Of a DNA stretch of 64,000 nucleotides, positions 46,962 to 64,000 are shown piece by piece. How positions within the stretch are numbered: position 1 is the first letter of the stretch; each line of letters begins with the position of its first letter. Where the stretch lies: assembly GCF_036321535.1 (NCBI RefSeq), contig NC_087439.1, forward strand, positions 91,822,001 to 91,886,000. Direction: 5' to 3'. A program made the position numbers and the translations under genes. This stretch comes from Camelus dromedarius. Its lineage: Eukaryota. The notes beneath the pieces are model-generated. The model saw only the letters and a list, made by a program, of their open reading frames with translations, had not been told where the DNA came from and searched no databases.

Positions 46962-47133
46962 CAGCTGGAACATGGATGGAGGATGGGGACAGCTGAGCCT
47001 GAGAGTGGGGATGGAGGCTGGACTGTCTCTGTTGGGGCAGATGGGGCCCCTCTGTCCCTCCGCAGCCTGGGTAACCTGAGCCCGGCATTGTGTCCATCCT
47101 GAAACAGCTGACTGTGCTGTGGGCAGACAGCTG
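46962..47133 (+). promoter_or_regulatory. CHRNG promoter E-box cluster: CAGCTG at 46962, 46990, 47105, 47128
   Basis: Four CAGCTG boxes within 310 bp of the ATG and no TTCCGG N-box seen, as expected for the myogenin/MyoD-driven gamma gene. Confidence 0.7.
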
Positions 47134-47270
47134 GCGGGGCTGGGCTGGCCTGGCTGGGCTGGCTGGGGTGGGAGTGTGGGCTGTTACATGAGACTCAGAG
47201 TCTGCATCTCCCTACTCCAGACCTAAGGAGCTGCAGTCCCACCCCTGTCGCTGCAGAGAGCTGTGGCACC

Positions 47271-52720
<5,450 letters not shown>

Positions 52721-52847
52721 GCCAGCCAATTGCTGCTAGCCACGTGCAGTCTTACCAGCTTTGTTGTGCTGCTGAAGTTATGAGTATGCTCTTTGGGAAG
52801 CACACTTCAGGGACATGTGAGCCAACGGCCCTGAGAAAAGCTGAGGA

Positions 52848-52853
52848 AATAAA
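52848..52853 (+). terminator. Probable CHRNG polyadenylation signal AATAAA
   Basis: First AATAAA about 130 nt after the stop; another near 53423. Confidence 0.65.
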
Positions 52854-53899
52854 CAGACACAGCTGGAGTTCTGGAGGGGCTGGGGATGGGATGTGGGCAG
52901 AGTGTGCTAGTGGGATCGGCATCCATGTGGCACTAGCTTGCTAGTCCTGGAACTCCCCTCACTTCAGTAAAGTGTTATCAATTCCCATCATTTCTGAAGT
53001 TCTGAGGACTCTGTTTTATATCATATCCCCAACTGGGCAAGGTCCTATCACTCTAGGCCTGGGCCTCCCTTCCCTTTTACAAGTTCCCTGCAGGCTCCTG
53101 AAGGAGGGAAGTCAAGAGAGAAATGAAGAGTAGCAGCCAATGCTCTCTCAAAAGAAGGGCAGCAGCCCATTCCAGCTGGCATATGCCTGCTTTCTGGGTG
53201 CTGTAAACACCTAATAATGACACGCACCAGTGACCTTTTCATTTATAGGCATTTTTTGTCATTGATCACCAAACAGTTCATTAATTTTATTATCTTTTCT
53301 TCATTGTTAAGAGAAGAGATCTTCACAGCATCATGGATAAGCAAGTCACTATTCCCCTATGTTTAGGATAGGCAAATTGGGGCCCAGAGTAAGAGAGGCT
53401 TCCCAGAACAATGGTAGCTAAATAAAAGTGTCTGGTATAGAAGTCTCAACTCTGACCCAATCTTAGACACTAAGAAAGTACAGGGTTGCTGGCTTTGGGG
53501 ATCAATAACCAGCAGGTTCATCTCATTTACTCCGGGGTGGGGGGAAGGCGGCGCAGGCACCGCTGTGTATTTGGAGCAAAGGCTTAGATCCAGGAGGTAA
53601 TTTGTTGATGGTGGGACCATCTCTTGTTCCTGAAAGCCTCTTGCTAGCTTTGTCACCCAGAGTGAGTCTCTCAACCATTCTGACTGCCTCAGAGGGCGGA
53701 GATTAGTTCTGTAGCTCCTGGCACGAGTAAGCAAAGATTAACAATAGCTACCACTTATCGAAGGTTACGGTGTCTAGCGCCTGACACTGATTATGTCGTT
53801 CAATCCACACGGCCATCTGAAGAGGCGCGTACTATAGTACAGTATTGCCAGAACCAAAGAAGGACCTAACCTCGCGGAGGTTAGGAGAGAATCCAGGAT

Positions 53900-54830
53900 C
53901 TTGTAGCCCCACTGGCGGTGGAGTCGGGATGTGTACCATGCCGTGAATCCAGAGCCTGCGCCGTCAGCGACTCAGCGCTGCCTCTTTCTCCGAGCCCGCC
54001 GCGGGAGGGGGTCAGGATGCGCTCCCTGGGGAGGGCGGTTGGGCGGACAGGGAGGCGGCAGACAGGGACAGGGATTGGAATTGGAATAAAGCTGAGGCCC
54101 TCAGCCGGCGAAGGAGCTAAAGCCGAGCGCGTCGGCGAAGCCGCCCAGATTTGGTGTCCCGGGATACCCGTTCCCTACCGGGGCAGCGCGCCGACGTTCC
54201 GCTGCGTCCCGCACAACCGGAAGTGGCCGGACCCTAGGCGGAGGGACCGGAGGAGCGGAAGTCACTCCGTGAGGCAGTGGCTACGGCGGCAGCGAGAGGA
54301 TGAACAACAAGTTCGACGCGTGAGTGGCTCGTGGCCGGTCCCCCGGGGCCCCTTCCCCCAACCGTTCCCCGCGCCCGCCCCCGCCAGGACGGCCGGCGGC
54401 GCAAATTGTGCTGCACCGGCTTCCCTCCCGGGCTCGGGCTACGGGCCGGCCTGGGCGGCTGGCGGGGAGGAGGGAGTTGGGGAGGTGGGATGCAGGGGGT
54501 CTCTGGGACCCCAGGGTCGTGAGGACCGAGGACGAAGTGGGGGCTCGGGGGAGAGAAGGTGGCCGTACCTCCCGGAAGGAGATTTTCCGACGCCCCGCCC
54601 GGGCGGGTGCGGGTTGCCAGTGGCGTGGAGGGGCGGAGACCTCGGCGGTTTGGGTGTTTCCGCAGCCTGGCCGCCTCTGAATCCAGCTCTCCTCACAGAC
54701 TCTGGCCTAGGCAGCTCACCTCTCTTCTCTGTCTCAGTTTTCTCATCTGCAAAGTGGGGACTGTAACAGTTCGTGTCGTACGGTTGCGAAGATGCAATGA
54801 GGTAATGTGGCTGCCGCGCTCAGCGCTGTG
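53900..54830. promoter_or_regulatory. EIF4E2 CpG island promoter with two Ets/GABP motifs (CCGGAAGT 54217-54224, GCGGAAGT 54255-54262)
   Basis: CpG-dense, TATA-less, housekeeping-type motifs just upstream of exon 1. Confidence 0.85.
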
Positions 54831-57800
54831 GCTGCTCAGTTACGGAATTCTCATCGTCTTCCTGAGACTCCTTCCTACTTCCTTTCTCCTCCCCCTCCTT
54901 TTCCCCTCTTCCAACACACTCTCCAAGAGATGCTCAGTATCTTGCCCAAGTTTCTTGTTACTGTCCCCTTCTGCGATTCTGTATGTACCCTGATTTCTAG
55001 TTACAGCATCTATTTGGAGATGCAGAATGGAAATGCTAAGTGTTTGCGTATTTCCCTCCAGCGATTGTATCTGAAGGTAGATTATGTTCTTAGCTTTCAC
55101 CTAGTAGTCCAGTAAATCTGTCTTCTGAAGACCTAGATTTCCAGTCGCAGACCCACCCACCAGTTAATAGTTATTTGATAGCAGAAAAGTTACCCAGTCT
55201 CTGAGCCACTGTTACCCAAACCCAATTAATGGCTAAGGCCCTGCTGCCACACTGGTGTGATAAGGATCAAATCATGTTCAACAGTGCTTAAAGGTACTTT
55301 GTAAATTGATAAATAGTGAGATATAAATGTAAAATAGAATTACTTTTAGTTTAGGTTGTGACCCACTGTTTCTGATGGGAAATTGGGGCTTTTCCTGTAC
55401 AGTGAGTGCTGGTGTGCAAATTCAGAAGTCCTGGATTCTGACACTCCAGACAGCTCCTCAGGAATGTTTCCTGGTTGCTGAGAGGGCTTTACTAGTTGAA
55501 AAAAATCTTTGGGAGAGCGCTTCTGCGGCCTGCTGCATAGCTGAGCCATCCCTATACTAACGCCACCCCACCCCCCATCATCATAAGCCCTGCAACTCTT
55601 AGCTCCAGATCTAAGTCCAGCCTCTGGAGTTTTCTGCCAGCCTTACACCCCTTCTCCACTGAATTGAAGAAATAAAAATTTCATCTTAAGAAGGCATTTT
55701 ATGGGCTCTCTGGCCCAGTCCCAACCAAATCATTGGGAGGCCTGGAGTAAGCTAATTTAAGAACGGCAATAATGGCTTCCACAGGCATTTTGGTATTTTT
55801 CATATATTATTTATACTTCTAACAAGCCTGTAAAGGGGATCTTGTTACCTCCTTTTAGAAATGAGGAAAATGAGACTCTGAGATTAAATAACTTGCCCAC
55901 AACAACAAGAATGGCCATATGGTGGGATTCAAACCCAGGTTTGTTATTTAATGTTTGTTCAAGCACATCTTGACAAAAACTAACCTGGGTCATTTTTAAT
56001 TAGTTCTAATTATTAACTATTTATTATACTGAGCCAGATTTTTTTAAACATGTCTTCTAACTAGGAAAAAAACAAAGCTGGCTTTCATTTGAAATTAACA
56101 ATTGGAGACAGCACTCCCCCCAGTTTTGTTTTTGTTGTTTTTGTTTTTCATTCAAAAAAAGTATGCAGTTTTTAGACCACTGCTGCATATTCAGCCTCTG
56201 CACTCTTCACCACATGGCTCCTAAGGATGTGTTCCAGTTTGCCAGAGTTCTAAAAGTTCAGTGCCTGGAGTTCAGTACTGTAGTCTAATCTGATGGGCTC
56301 AGATTTAAGGGGATCTCTAGTCTCCTTTTCTGTGTGGTTTTCTGTGAATGTAACCTAATTGCTACCCCCACCCACCCAAGTCAAGTCTTTAGCTCCCAGT
56401 GCCATTGATCCTGTTCAGATATAAAACCTTAAGATGCTTTCACTGTACTGTAGTCCCTACATATTGAGCTTGGTTTTCAAATCTAGATGCCATACTTGAC
56501 TTTGTCCTTATTCTCTCTCTGTTAGCTTTTGGCCCATTCTTAACTATTGTCTGAACCACTTATTTGTCACTCATCCTGCTGTGCCTTGTATTGCTTTGAT
56601 TTTAGAGATCCATTCATTAAACGTGTTTGTTTTCTGCCACTGCCTGATGCTGAACATGTAAAGATGAATTATACCAAGTTCCTACCTACAATGTATTATC
56701 TAGTCAGGAAGTATGAGGACATACCTGGGCAGAAGCTTGGTGATGTAATTAGGTGCCACAGTCTGGACAGCCTCAGGTGCTAATTGCCTGCCTGAGTCTA
56801 TGGAGCACTGATTTTTCTGTAGATTATATCTTTGCTCAAATCCAGCTTCAGGCTGGGAGGAGTAGCCTCTGAAATATAGGATGCAGATGACTTGCCTTAA
56901 GTGTAGGCTCAGAGAGCAGAGTGGTTGGTTAGCTCCACCCTCAAGAAATAACAGCATCAGATGAATGTCCATTAGGGTTTCCATTTACTATCTTAGAAGG
57001 AAGTCGGGAGGTGTGGTCCAGGAATCACAGTAGCGTTGTTTATTCTCTGACATGAATATTTTTGTTATTCTTTTTCTGTTTCCTAGCAGTGATTAGCAGC
57101 AAGAGCACTAAAAAAGGAACTTACATGCTTTTCTTGGGACTAGCAGAACGTGAGATGCTGGGATGACTGTGCCCCTCTTCAACCAACATCGAAGGGAACA
57201 GACCCTGAAGGATATAGTGGGGGATTGGGAGCTGAGGAGAGAGATGGTTTGAGTCCTTGGGGTATGCCCTAAAGAAGAGAATTAGGAGCTGTCTTGGGTC
57301 CAAGCAATAGAAAAACTCATGAGATGTTCGTAATCAGGAAACAAGAAACTAGTCATGACAGTATAGCTGGGACAAATACAAACATTTATATGGGAGTGTT
57401 CAGAAGAGGGGATCCCGACTCAGCTTAGAGAGAGATTAGGAAATATTTTCAAGAAGAGAACGTGGCCCTTAGTCTGAGTCCTAAAGGACAGGTTAAGTAG
57501 GGGAAGAGGGGCTCTCTGAGGAGAGCATGTGATGAACGCAACAGAGGGGTGAGGTTGAGGACTGCAAGTAGGTTGATACCACCGAAGGGAAAGGAGTCTG
57601 TTGTACCATGCTGAGGCCTGACTCTGGCATTCTGTAGTATCTGATACAGTATGCTTATAAATGTAGTGGGGCTTACATGCTAGTCAGGCACCTCTTGAAA
57701 AGGAAACCACACCACCTCAAATTTAATAAAGGGAAAGGAGTAGTGTAAGTACCGTTAAGTCTCCCAGAGGTCCAGGAAGGCTGAACTAAGCCAATGCGAT

Positions 57801-60800
57801 ATCAGCATCACAAACAAAACCATTGTCCTCTCCACTCTGTTCATCTGCTCCATTCTCTTTGCCCCTCCTGGCTTCCTTTGCTCCTCCTGGCTTCCTTTGC
57901 TTTTGCTTAATGTCTTTATTCCCTCATGGCTTTTCTTGTATGAAACTTGTACAGCTGACCACCCCAGCTCCTGAATCTGTGTCATCTTTCATCTCCTGGA
58001 TGAAAAGCTGAGGGAAGAATCTGCTTATAATTTTGAGCAAGGCCTTGAGGCATAGGCCAGTCTCGGCCCTTTGTAGTCATGTCTTGGCCAGGGTGGGGAT
58101 GGGGACAGTGCACGACCTCAGGAGTGAATCTTACAGCTAGGGCTGTGAGGTGGGCAGAACAGACACCTCAGCACATGCTGCGCTCATCCATCCTAACATT
58201 TGAGTGCTTTTAATGTGATAGGCACTAGGGATTCCTGGGCAAGAAAACAAAGTACAAAATTCTTTGCAACATGTTTCTAATCTGTAATACAGGCAGACTG
58301 CATTTGACTGAGCTGTACAGATACTGCTTTTTTTTTTTTTTTAAAGAAATTGAAAGTTTATGGCAACCCTGTGTGTCAGATAATGGTTAACATTTTTTAG
58401 CAGTAAAGTATTTTTTAATTAAAATACCTACTTTTTTTAAGACATAATGCTATTGCACTCTTAATAGCATACAGTATAGTTTAAACATATGCACTGGGAA
58501 ATCCAAAAAAAAAAGTGACTGGTTTTATTGTGATACTTACTTTATTGCAGTGACATGGAACCAAACCCACAATAACCCCAAAGTATTCCTGTATCTGAGT
58601 TTTAGTTTGACCATTTCTAGTACCTTTCTTAAGAATTGCTGAATTCCACTTGACTGGATAGGGCTAGAAAGGTGATTTCAGGAAAGACCCATGATAAGTT
58701 AATGGTCCAGCTCTAAGCTAAACAGCATTCTTACTATCTTGGTGAATTCACCTTCCATTTATCTTTTTGTCTGAATCCAGTGAACTTCAGGTGTACCTGA
58801 AAGCCTTAGTATTTTGTTTTGAAGGGTGGTAAGTTAGGCTCAGAAACTGAGATTGTCCTTGCCAATAGTTTATTTCACACTGATTCACCGTGAGAATTGC
58901 AGTAATTTCGTAAACCAGTAGCAATGCAGATGTCTCTTATTAAGCCAGTAAAGAAATAACATAACATACTTCAGACCAGTGATAGATTAATCACACTGTT
59001 CCAGGCAAGAAGAGATAAAAGGAGTAAAGTCCAAATTTAGTTCAGGGTGTACCTTTGTATGAATTGGTACTAGGATAAGAAGGCTTTGCCAACCAAGAGC
59101 TCAGGTCCAGCTGCCAGCTCAAAATTCAAAGTCCCTTATTGTAAGGGACCTACAGCACTGGTGTTGACGGGGGAGCTGATCTTTATGGGGGCTGCTGCAT
59201 ACAAGGTTTGTCACCACTGCTAAAAAGATCACCATTACCACAGCAGGAGCTAATGTCCCTTTTCCTGAGACTGCTGCATGGTTTAACACCAGTTCCAACC
59301 AAAGAATCGCCTTGGCCACTGTTGGAGGAGCAAGTGTCCCAAGATACTCAGAGAGCAAGATCAGCCAAGGGTGGCTTTACCCGGACAGAAACTTGGATGT
59401 TCCTCACAAACCCTCCGTGTTTGTAGTCTGTCCCCTCACCGTAGTTCCTTCTTTGTCTGTTTTTATTGATGATGAGCTCCCAGGGGGGCCACTCTGCAAC
59501 TGAGCTGCTAGCGCCTGTCAGAGGCAGCAGACGAGGTGACGTCCTGACACATTTTGTTCTATAGCAAAACAGTTTTACTTCTAAAAGCAGTTTCTTTTTG
59601 GTCTTTGTCATAAACAAGTGTATTAAAATATCTTCATTTAAGTCATAAGTGGATTTGAAATCATAGCAAACCGATATACAACACTTAGAGTGGTTTCACT
59701 GCTCCTAAAAGCTTGGCGCATAAAGTACATTTGACTGTATTAACAAGGCAAGAAGGCATTCCTTCCTTTTCTTTCTTTTCTTTTCATTTAACACTGATGC
59801 AGCATCTGCTTGTGCTACATGTTAGAGCAGCATCTTCTTGTCCTACATGCTGAAGATGCAAAGATTAATAAGACACTGTTCTAAGAGCCCCCTCCACCTA
59901 GAAGGAAAAATGCATATGGGAGGAATGGTGCCTTGGACTGAGGGGCAACTTTGCAGATAGCTCGGATGTGGAACTGTAGGTTGCTTTGGGAGGTTGAGGG
60001 AGCAAAGAGGATGCCAGATTGACCAGAGTCAGATTCTAGAGAATCTTACATTGTTGTACTTTATCCTTCATGGCGGACATCAAAGGGCAAGGGACAGTTG
60101 AGGGGTTTAAGCAGGGGAATTAAAAGATTAGATTTGCATTTAGTAAGATAGAGCTGGTGGCAATGTGGAGGACAACAGAGCATGGAGATGATTTGTGTCA
60201 GGGAGACCGGATAGGAATTTATTGTAATGTAATTGAGATGACAGGAGAGAAGGATCCAAACTAAAGCAGTAGCAGTGGGGAAGGGTAGGAAAGATGATTA
60301 GAAGTGGCAAGAAACTTTTTAAACTTCATTTTGAAATACCAGAGTGGTTATTTAATCCAGAAAATTTTTTCATTGTTGACTCTATTTTTGGTAAAGCAAT
60401 CTCTTACCCTCTTGCTTACCCTCTTGCTTCTTTTGGGGGAGGGGGTGGCTGTTAGGTTTATTTATTTATTTATTTATTTATTTTTGATAGAGGTACTGGG
60501 GATTGAACCCAGGACCCTGTGCATGCTAAGCATGCACTCTACCACTGTACCTCAGCTTCTTTGTGCAGCCTTTTAGAAAACTAGAAGACCATGCTTTCTG
60601 GAATTTACAGGTTAGCTGATGAGCATTTCGTTTTTGTTGACTCCTAGTTGCCTTTCTGCATTCCCTTGTCCTGTCCCATGTGCATCCCATTGCCTGTATC
60701 TTAAGTGACTTCAGGTTGGTTCCATGGTAGTTCATTTGACCTGGTGGCTTTGTTAGATAAGCAAGAATCAGCTCAGTCATGGGATAACGTTGTTTTGCCT

Positions 60801-62090
60801 TCTCATTTAGATTGAAAGATGATGACAGTGGGGACCATGATCAGAATGAAGAAAACAGCACACAGAAAGATGGTGAGAAGGAAAAAACGGAACGAGACAA
60901 GAGTCAGAGCAGCAGCAAAAGGAAGGTGAGTTTTGTGCTGTAGAGACGTAGTTGCCTTTGGACTTGAGACTGGGTTATCTTGTGAAATCTGTTTATCTGG
61001 AAGATGCCAGATTAACTTAATAGCACTCTGTTTTGTAATATATGATTTGTTCTCAGAAAAGATTATTGAATCACTGGAGTTCATTTTGGGACTTAGAACA
61101 TTTCCCTTGAAACATGATCTTGAGATGCTGCCTCACTCTCTGGTATTCTCCAAGCTTGATGTAATGGAGATTAACCCTGGAGTTTAAGGCTGTTAGCTGC
61201 TTCGTAAGCTGCTGCTCAGTGTTTCAAGTCCTGCACATCACTTAGAAGAATAAGTACTCTGAGCTGAAAGTGACTTGGAAAAGAAAAAAATTAGAGAATC
61301 TGAGATAGATGGGTCAATTTCTTTCTTGAAATATTAAAGCAATCATTAATTCATTTGCCCCACAATATCGAGTACTTTCCAAATGTAAGCATCTTGTGTG
61401 CTAAGAGGACTCAAAGCTGGATGAGACCATGGATCAAGGCGTTTACAGTGCCAGTAATACTAGTAGCTGTCTTTTATTGAGCACTTACTGTGTGCCAGGC
61501 ACCATGTGAGCACTTTACATCTATTAATTAATTTGATCCTCTCAGCAGCCCCATGAGGGTGGTTATTATTATTTCCCCCATTTTGCAGATAAGCAGCTGA
61601 GGCACAAACAGGTTAAGCAACTTGCCCAAGGTCACTTGGCCAGTGATAAGAGTGCCATAGAGGAGGCCGTACTTGGCCTGGGAATATGTTGAGATAAGAT
61701 ACAAAAATAAATACCTATGGTAGGAAGTAGAAAGTTACAAAAGCTTTGAGAACACAGAGAAAATGTTACAGGAACTTACAGTCAGTTAACCACTAAAGAA
61801 ATTTACTACGTAAGCAGAATCTTGAGCACATTGCAGTAATTGAGGATGCATCCTTTTTAATTGTGGAGGTTGTGAGCGGTGACAGTGTAAAATGTTTTCT
61901 CAGTCTCAGAGCATGTGAAAAATGCCCAGGTTAACCCACCTTCTTTAATTCACAGGCTGTTGTCCCTGGGCCAGCAGAGCACCCCCTGCAGTATAACTAC
62001 ACTTTCTGGTATTCCAGGAGAACCCCCGGCCGTCCCACCAGCTCACAGAGCTACGAACAGAATATCAAACAGATTGGCACCTTTGCCTCT
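54300..62090 (+). CDS. EIF4E2: eIF4E family member 2 (4EHP), partial; join(54300..54319,60811..60925,61956..62090), continues past the window
   Basis: Spliced translation MNNKFDALKDDDSGDHDQNEENSTQKDGEKEKTERDKSQSSSKRKAVVPGPAEHPLQYNYTFWYSRRTPGRPTSSQSYEQNIKQIGTFAS matches 4EHP; consensus splice sites. Confidence 0.98.
58290..58591 (+). mobile_element. Non-autonomous Tigger1-derived MITE, 302 bp, TA target duplication
   Basis: TA|CAGGCAGACT...AAAGTATTCCTG|TA; Tigger1 left-end (AAATTGAAAGTTTATGGCAACCCTG) and right-end (GACATAATGCTATTGCAC...TATGCACTGGGAAA) blocks joined directly. Confidence 0.85.
60428..60550 (-). mobile_element. Camelid Vic-1-type SINE in EIF4E2 intron 1
   Basis: GTGGTAGAGTGCATGCTTAGCATGCACAGGGTCCTGGGTTCAATCCCCAGTACCTC plus (AAAT)n tail on the minus strand. 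Confidence 0.9.
61460..61640 (-). mobile_element. MIR SINE in EIF4E2 intron 2
   Basis: CCCCATTTTGCAGATAAGCAGCTGAGGCACAAACAGGTTAAGCAACTTGCCCAAGGTCAC. Confidence 0.85.
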
Positions 62091-64000
62091 GTGAGTATTT
62101 AGTGGCTTAATGTAGTGTGAGCCGTGATTGTACATTCACGCCTGTATTTACATCACTGTGTTTATTTACCCTTTTGGTAACCTACTTAGGATACTGGTTT
62201 CCTTAGTTGACTGATTGAAGTCTCTGAAGTCAAATTGCTTCATTCTTAGATTTCTCATTACACATCTGTAGGCAATATACATTGATACAAACAAGTATGT
62301 GAATTGTGGAATTGATCAGAAGGGGATGATACAAAAATACAGATTTGTTTAAGTAGCTATTTATTGAGTTCTTACTATGCTCAAAGTGTCATGGGAGATA
62401 CAAAATTTTATAGTGCGTGATGTCTGTTCTCATGAAGCTTGCAGTAAAGTCAGAGTGAAATTCTAAAGTTTTTGTTTAATAAACTCCCATTAGGGTTTTG
62501 GATATGTTAGTGATTATGCATAAAGCAGCATCTTTTTTTCTATGTTCAGAAAGAAACAAAATCTCTAACTTTTTTTGTGGGTACTGTCAGTATAGAGAGC
62601 CCACACTCTCTTATCTCCCTCACAGGTAGCTGGTTTGTGTACTGTGAAAAGCTGTGTGCAACTAAAGTCAGTCTCGTTCAATGAAAGTTACTATGTACTT
62701 CCTGTGTGCTGTCCAGTCAATCTCTGGGCAGAATCAAATGCAGGATTTGTTATTTTCTTGAAATTATTGAGGTGTTTGTCCTGTTTAAAATGCAGACACT
62801 GGAAAAGGAAACTATAATAGACAGTAAATTTTACAATAAATTAATAAAGAGGAAGGACACAGTAATAGACACTTCATGTAATTCACTTCAGTTGTTACGA
62901 TGGCTCTATCAAGTCAGTGATACTATCTATTTACAAATGAGGTGAATGAGATTTGGGCTAAGTATCTGATCTGAAGTCTCAAGTAAGTTACAATTTACTT
63001 GATTAAGTAGAAGAACTAGTATTGAAACTCAGGTTGGGTAGGCTGTAAAAAAACACCTTCCAAAGCCCGTGTTCTGTCACGCTTCCGTATGCTAAAATGC
63101 ATTCCAAGAGGCTCCAGTTTTTTTAAATGTTTGTTTACTAGACAAGCTCTATTTATATATCTGTTTGTTTATTAATTAGATATACAAATATAACTGGTAA
63201 TCAGATTATCTGATTACTGTGCTGAGTTGATAAAGTTTCAGCAAAAAGCAAAGATTTTGTTTTAGTTGGCCTGTGCTCCCTTATCACTGGTAAATGTAGG
63301 CTTTTTTGAATTATTCAAAATAGCCTGTGCACTGGTACATACTTGATTCAAGCAATGTTTGTTGAATGAATTCAAGGCACTAATAGAGTTCTAAAATGAA
63401 TTAAAACCTTGCCCTTGGGGAAATAAGACCTTCCCAGGAATTTCTAACACGGAGGGGCAATGGACGGTGCTATATAAGGAAGGCATGGCTAGAGTGATCT
63501 TGGAGTTCAGAGGAAAGGAATTAATTTCAACTTGGAGAAAGCCTCTTTGAGAGGAGATGGATTGAAGATTGAATTTAAAGAATTTAAACAGGTGCTAAGA
63601 AGAGGAAGGAATTCTTGGCAGAGAGAACAGTAGAATTAAACTTTAAAAAAATACCCATGAAGTCTTAACATTCCTGAATCCACAGAAATTTTGGTTACTG
63701 GCTAGACGTTGCAGGTAAAAGGACAGCCATTACGTTATGAGCAGCTGGTTAGGCACTCAGAATCAACGAAGGAGCTGACCTGGGGAGTAAGTTTTCATTC
63801 AGGATTTTGTTCAGTTATTTTGGGATGATTATAAATATTTCTAGCATTTTCTTTTCCTCTTAAGAAAAGCATGCATGAATTTACCCAACTTGTGCAAGGA
63901 AAGTTTTTGTTTTCTTTGGGCCTTTATGTTGAGTTGAACAGTTTATCATCAGCAGCATCTTGGGATAATGCTGCTTCAGTACTCACCGCTGTCATGTAAT

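Noticed and set aside
53900-54300. Human MIR5001 annotated near the EIF4E2 promoter
   Set aside because: No sequence matching the remembered hairpin is recognisable.
53918-54766. 282-aa ORF over the EIF4E2 promoter
   Set aside because: CpG-island artefact, out of frame with 4EHP.

Overview
Mammalian genomic DNA, probably camelid (two Vic-1-type tRNA-derived SINEs), syntenic with human 2q37.1. Order: 5' end of ECEL1 (minus strand; CpG island and non-coding first exon, identified mainly by synteny); about 30 kb with no recognisable gene but many MIR/MaLR repeats, two orphan CpG islands and several homeobox-site clusters; intact PRSS56 (13 exons, 606 aa); CHRND (12 exons, 517 aa); CHRNG (12 exons, 518 aa, one GC-AG intron); first three coding exons of EIF4E2. 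I rebuilt the exons by hand from splice sites and remembered orthologue sequences, and the frames close without stops. The Tigger-derived TIGD1 gene found between CHRNG and EIF4E2 in human is absent. No new protein-coding system is demonstrable. Best leads: (i) a possible ECEL1/PRSS56 regulatory landscape (exact Isl1-Lhx3-type CATTA-N3-AATTA site; two CREs 20 bp apart with a central E-box in an orphan CpG island that also has first-exon-like donors; CTCF motifs inside PRSS56); (ii) two unusual CHRND substitutions (H148, K304); (iii) a possible LTR-supplied CHRND poly(A) signal. Three N gaps limit what can be seen. Repeat subfamily names and motif consensus are from memory, not database searches.
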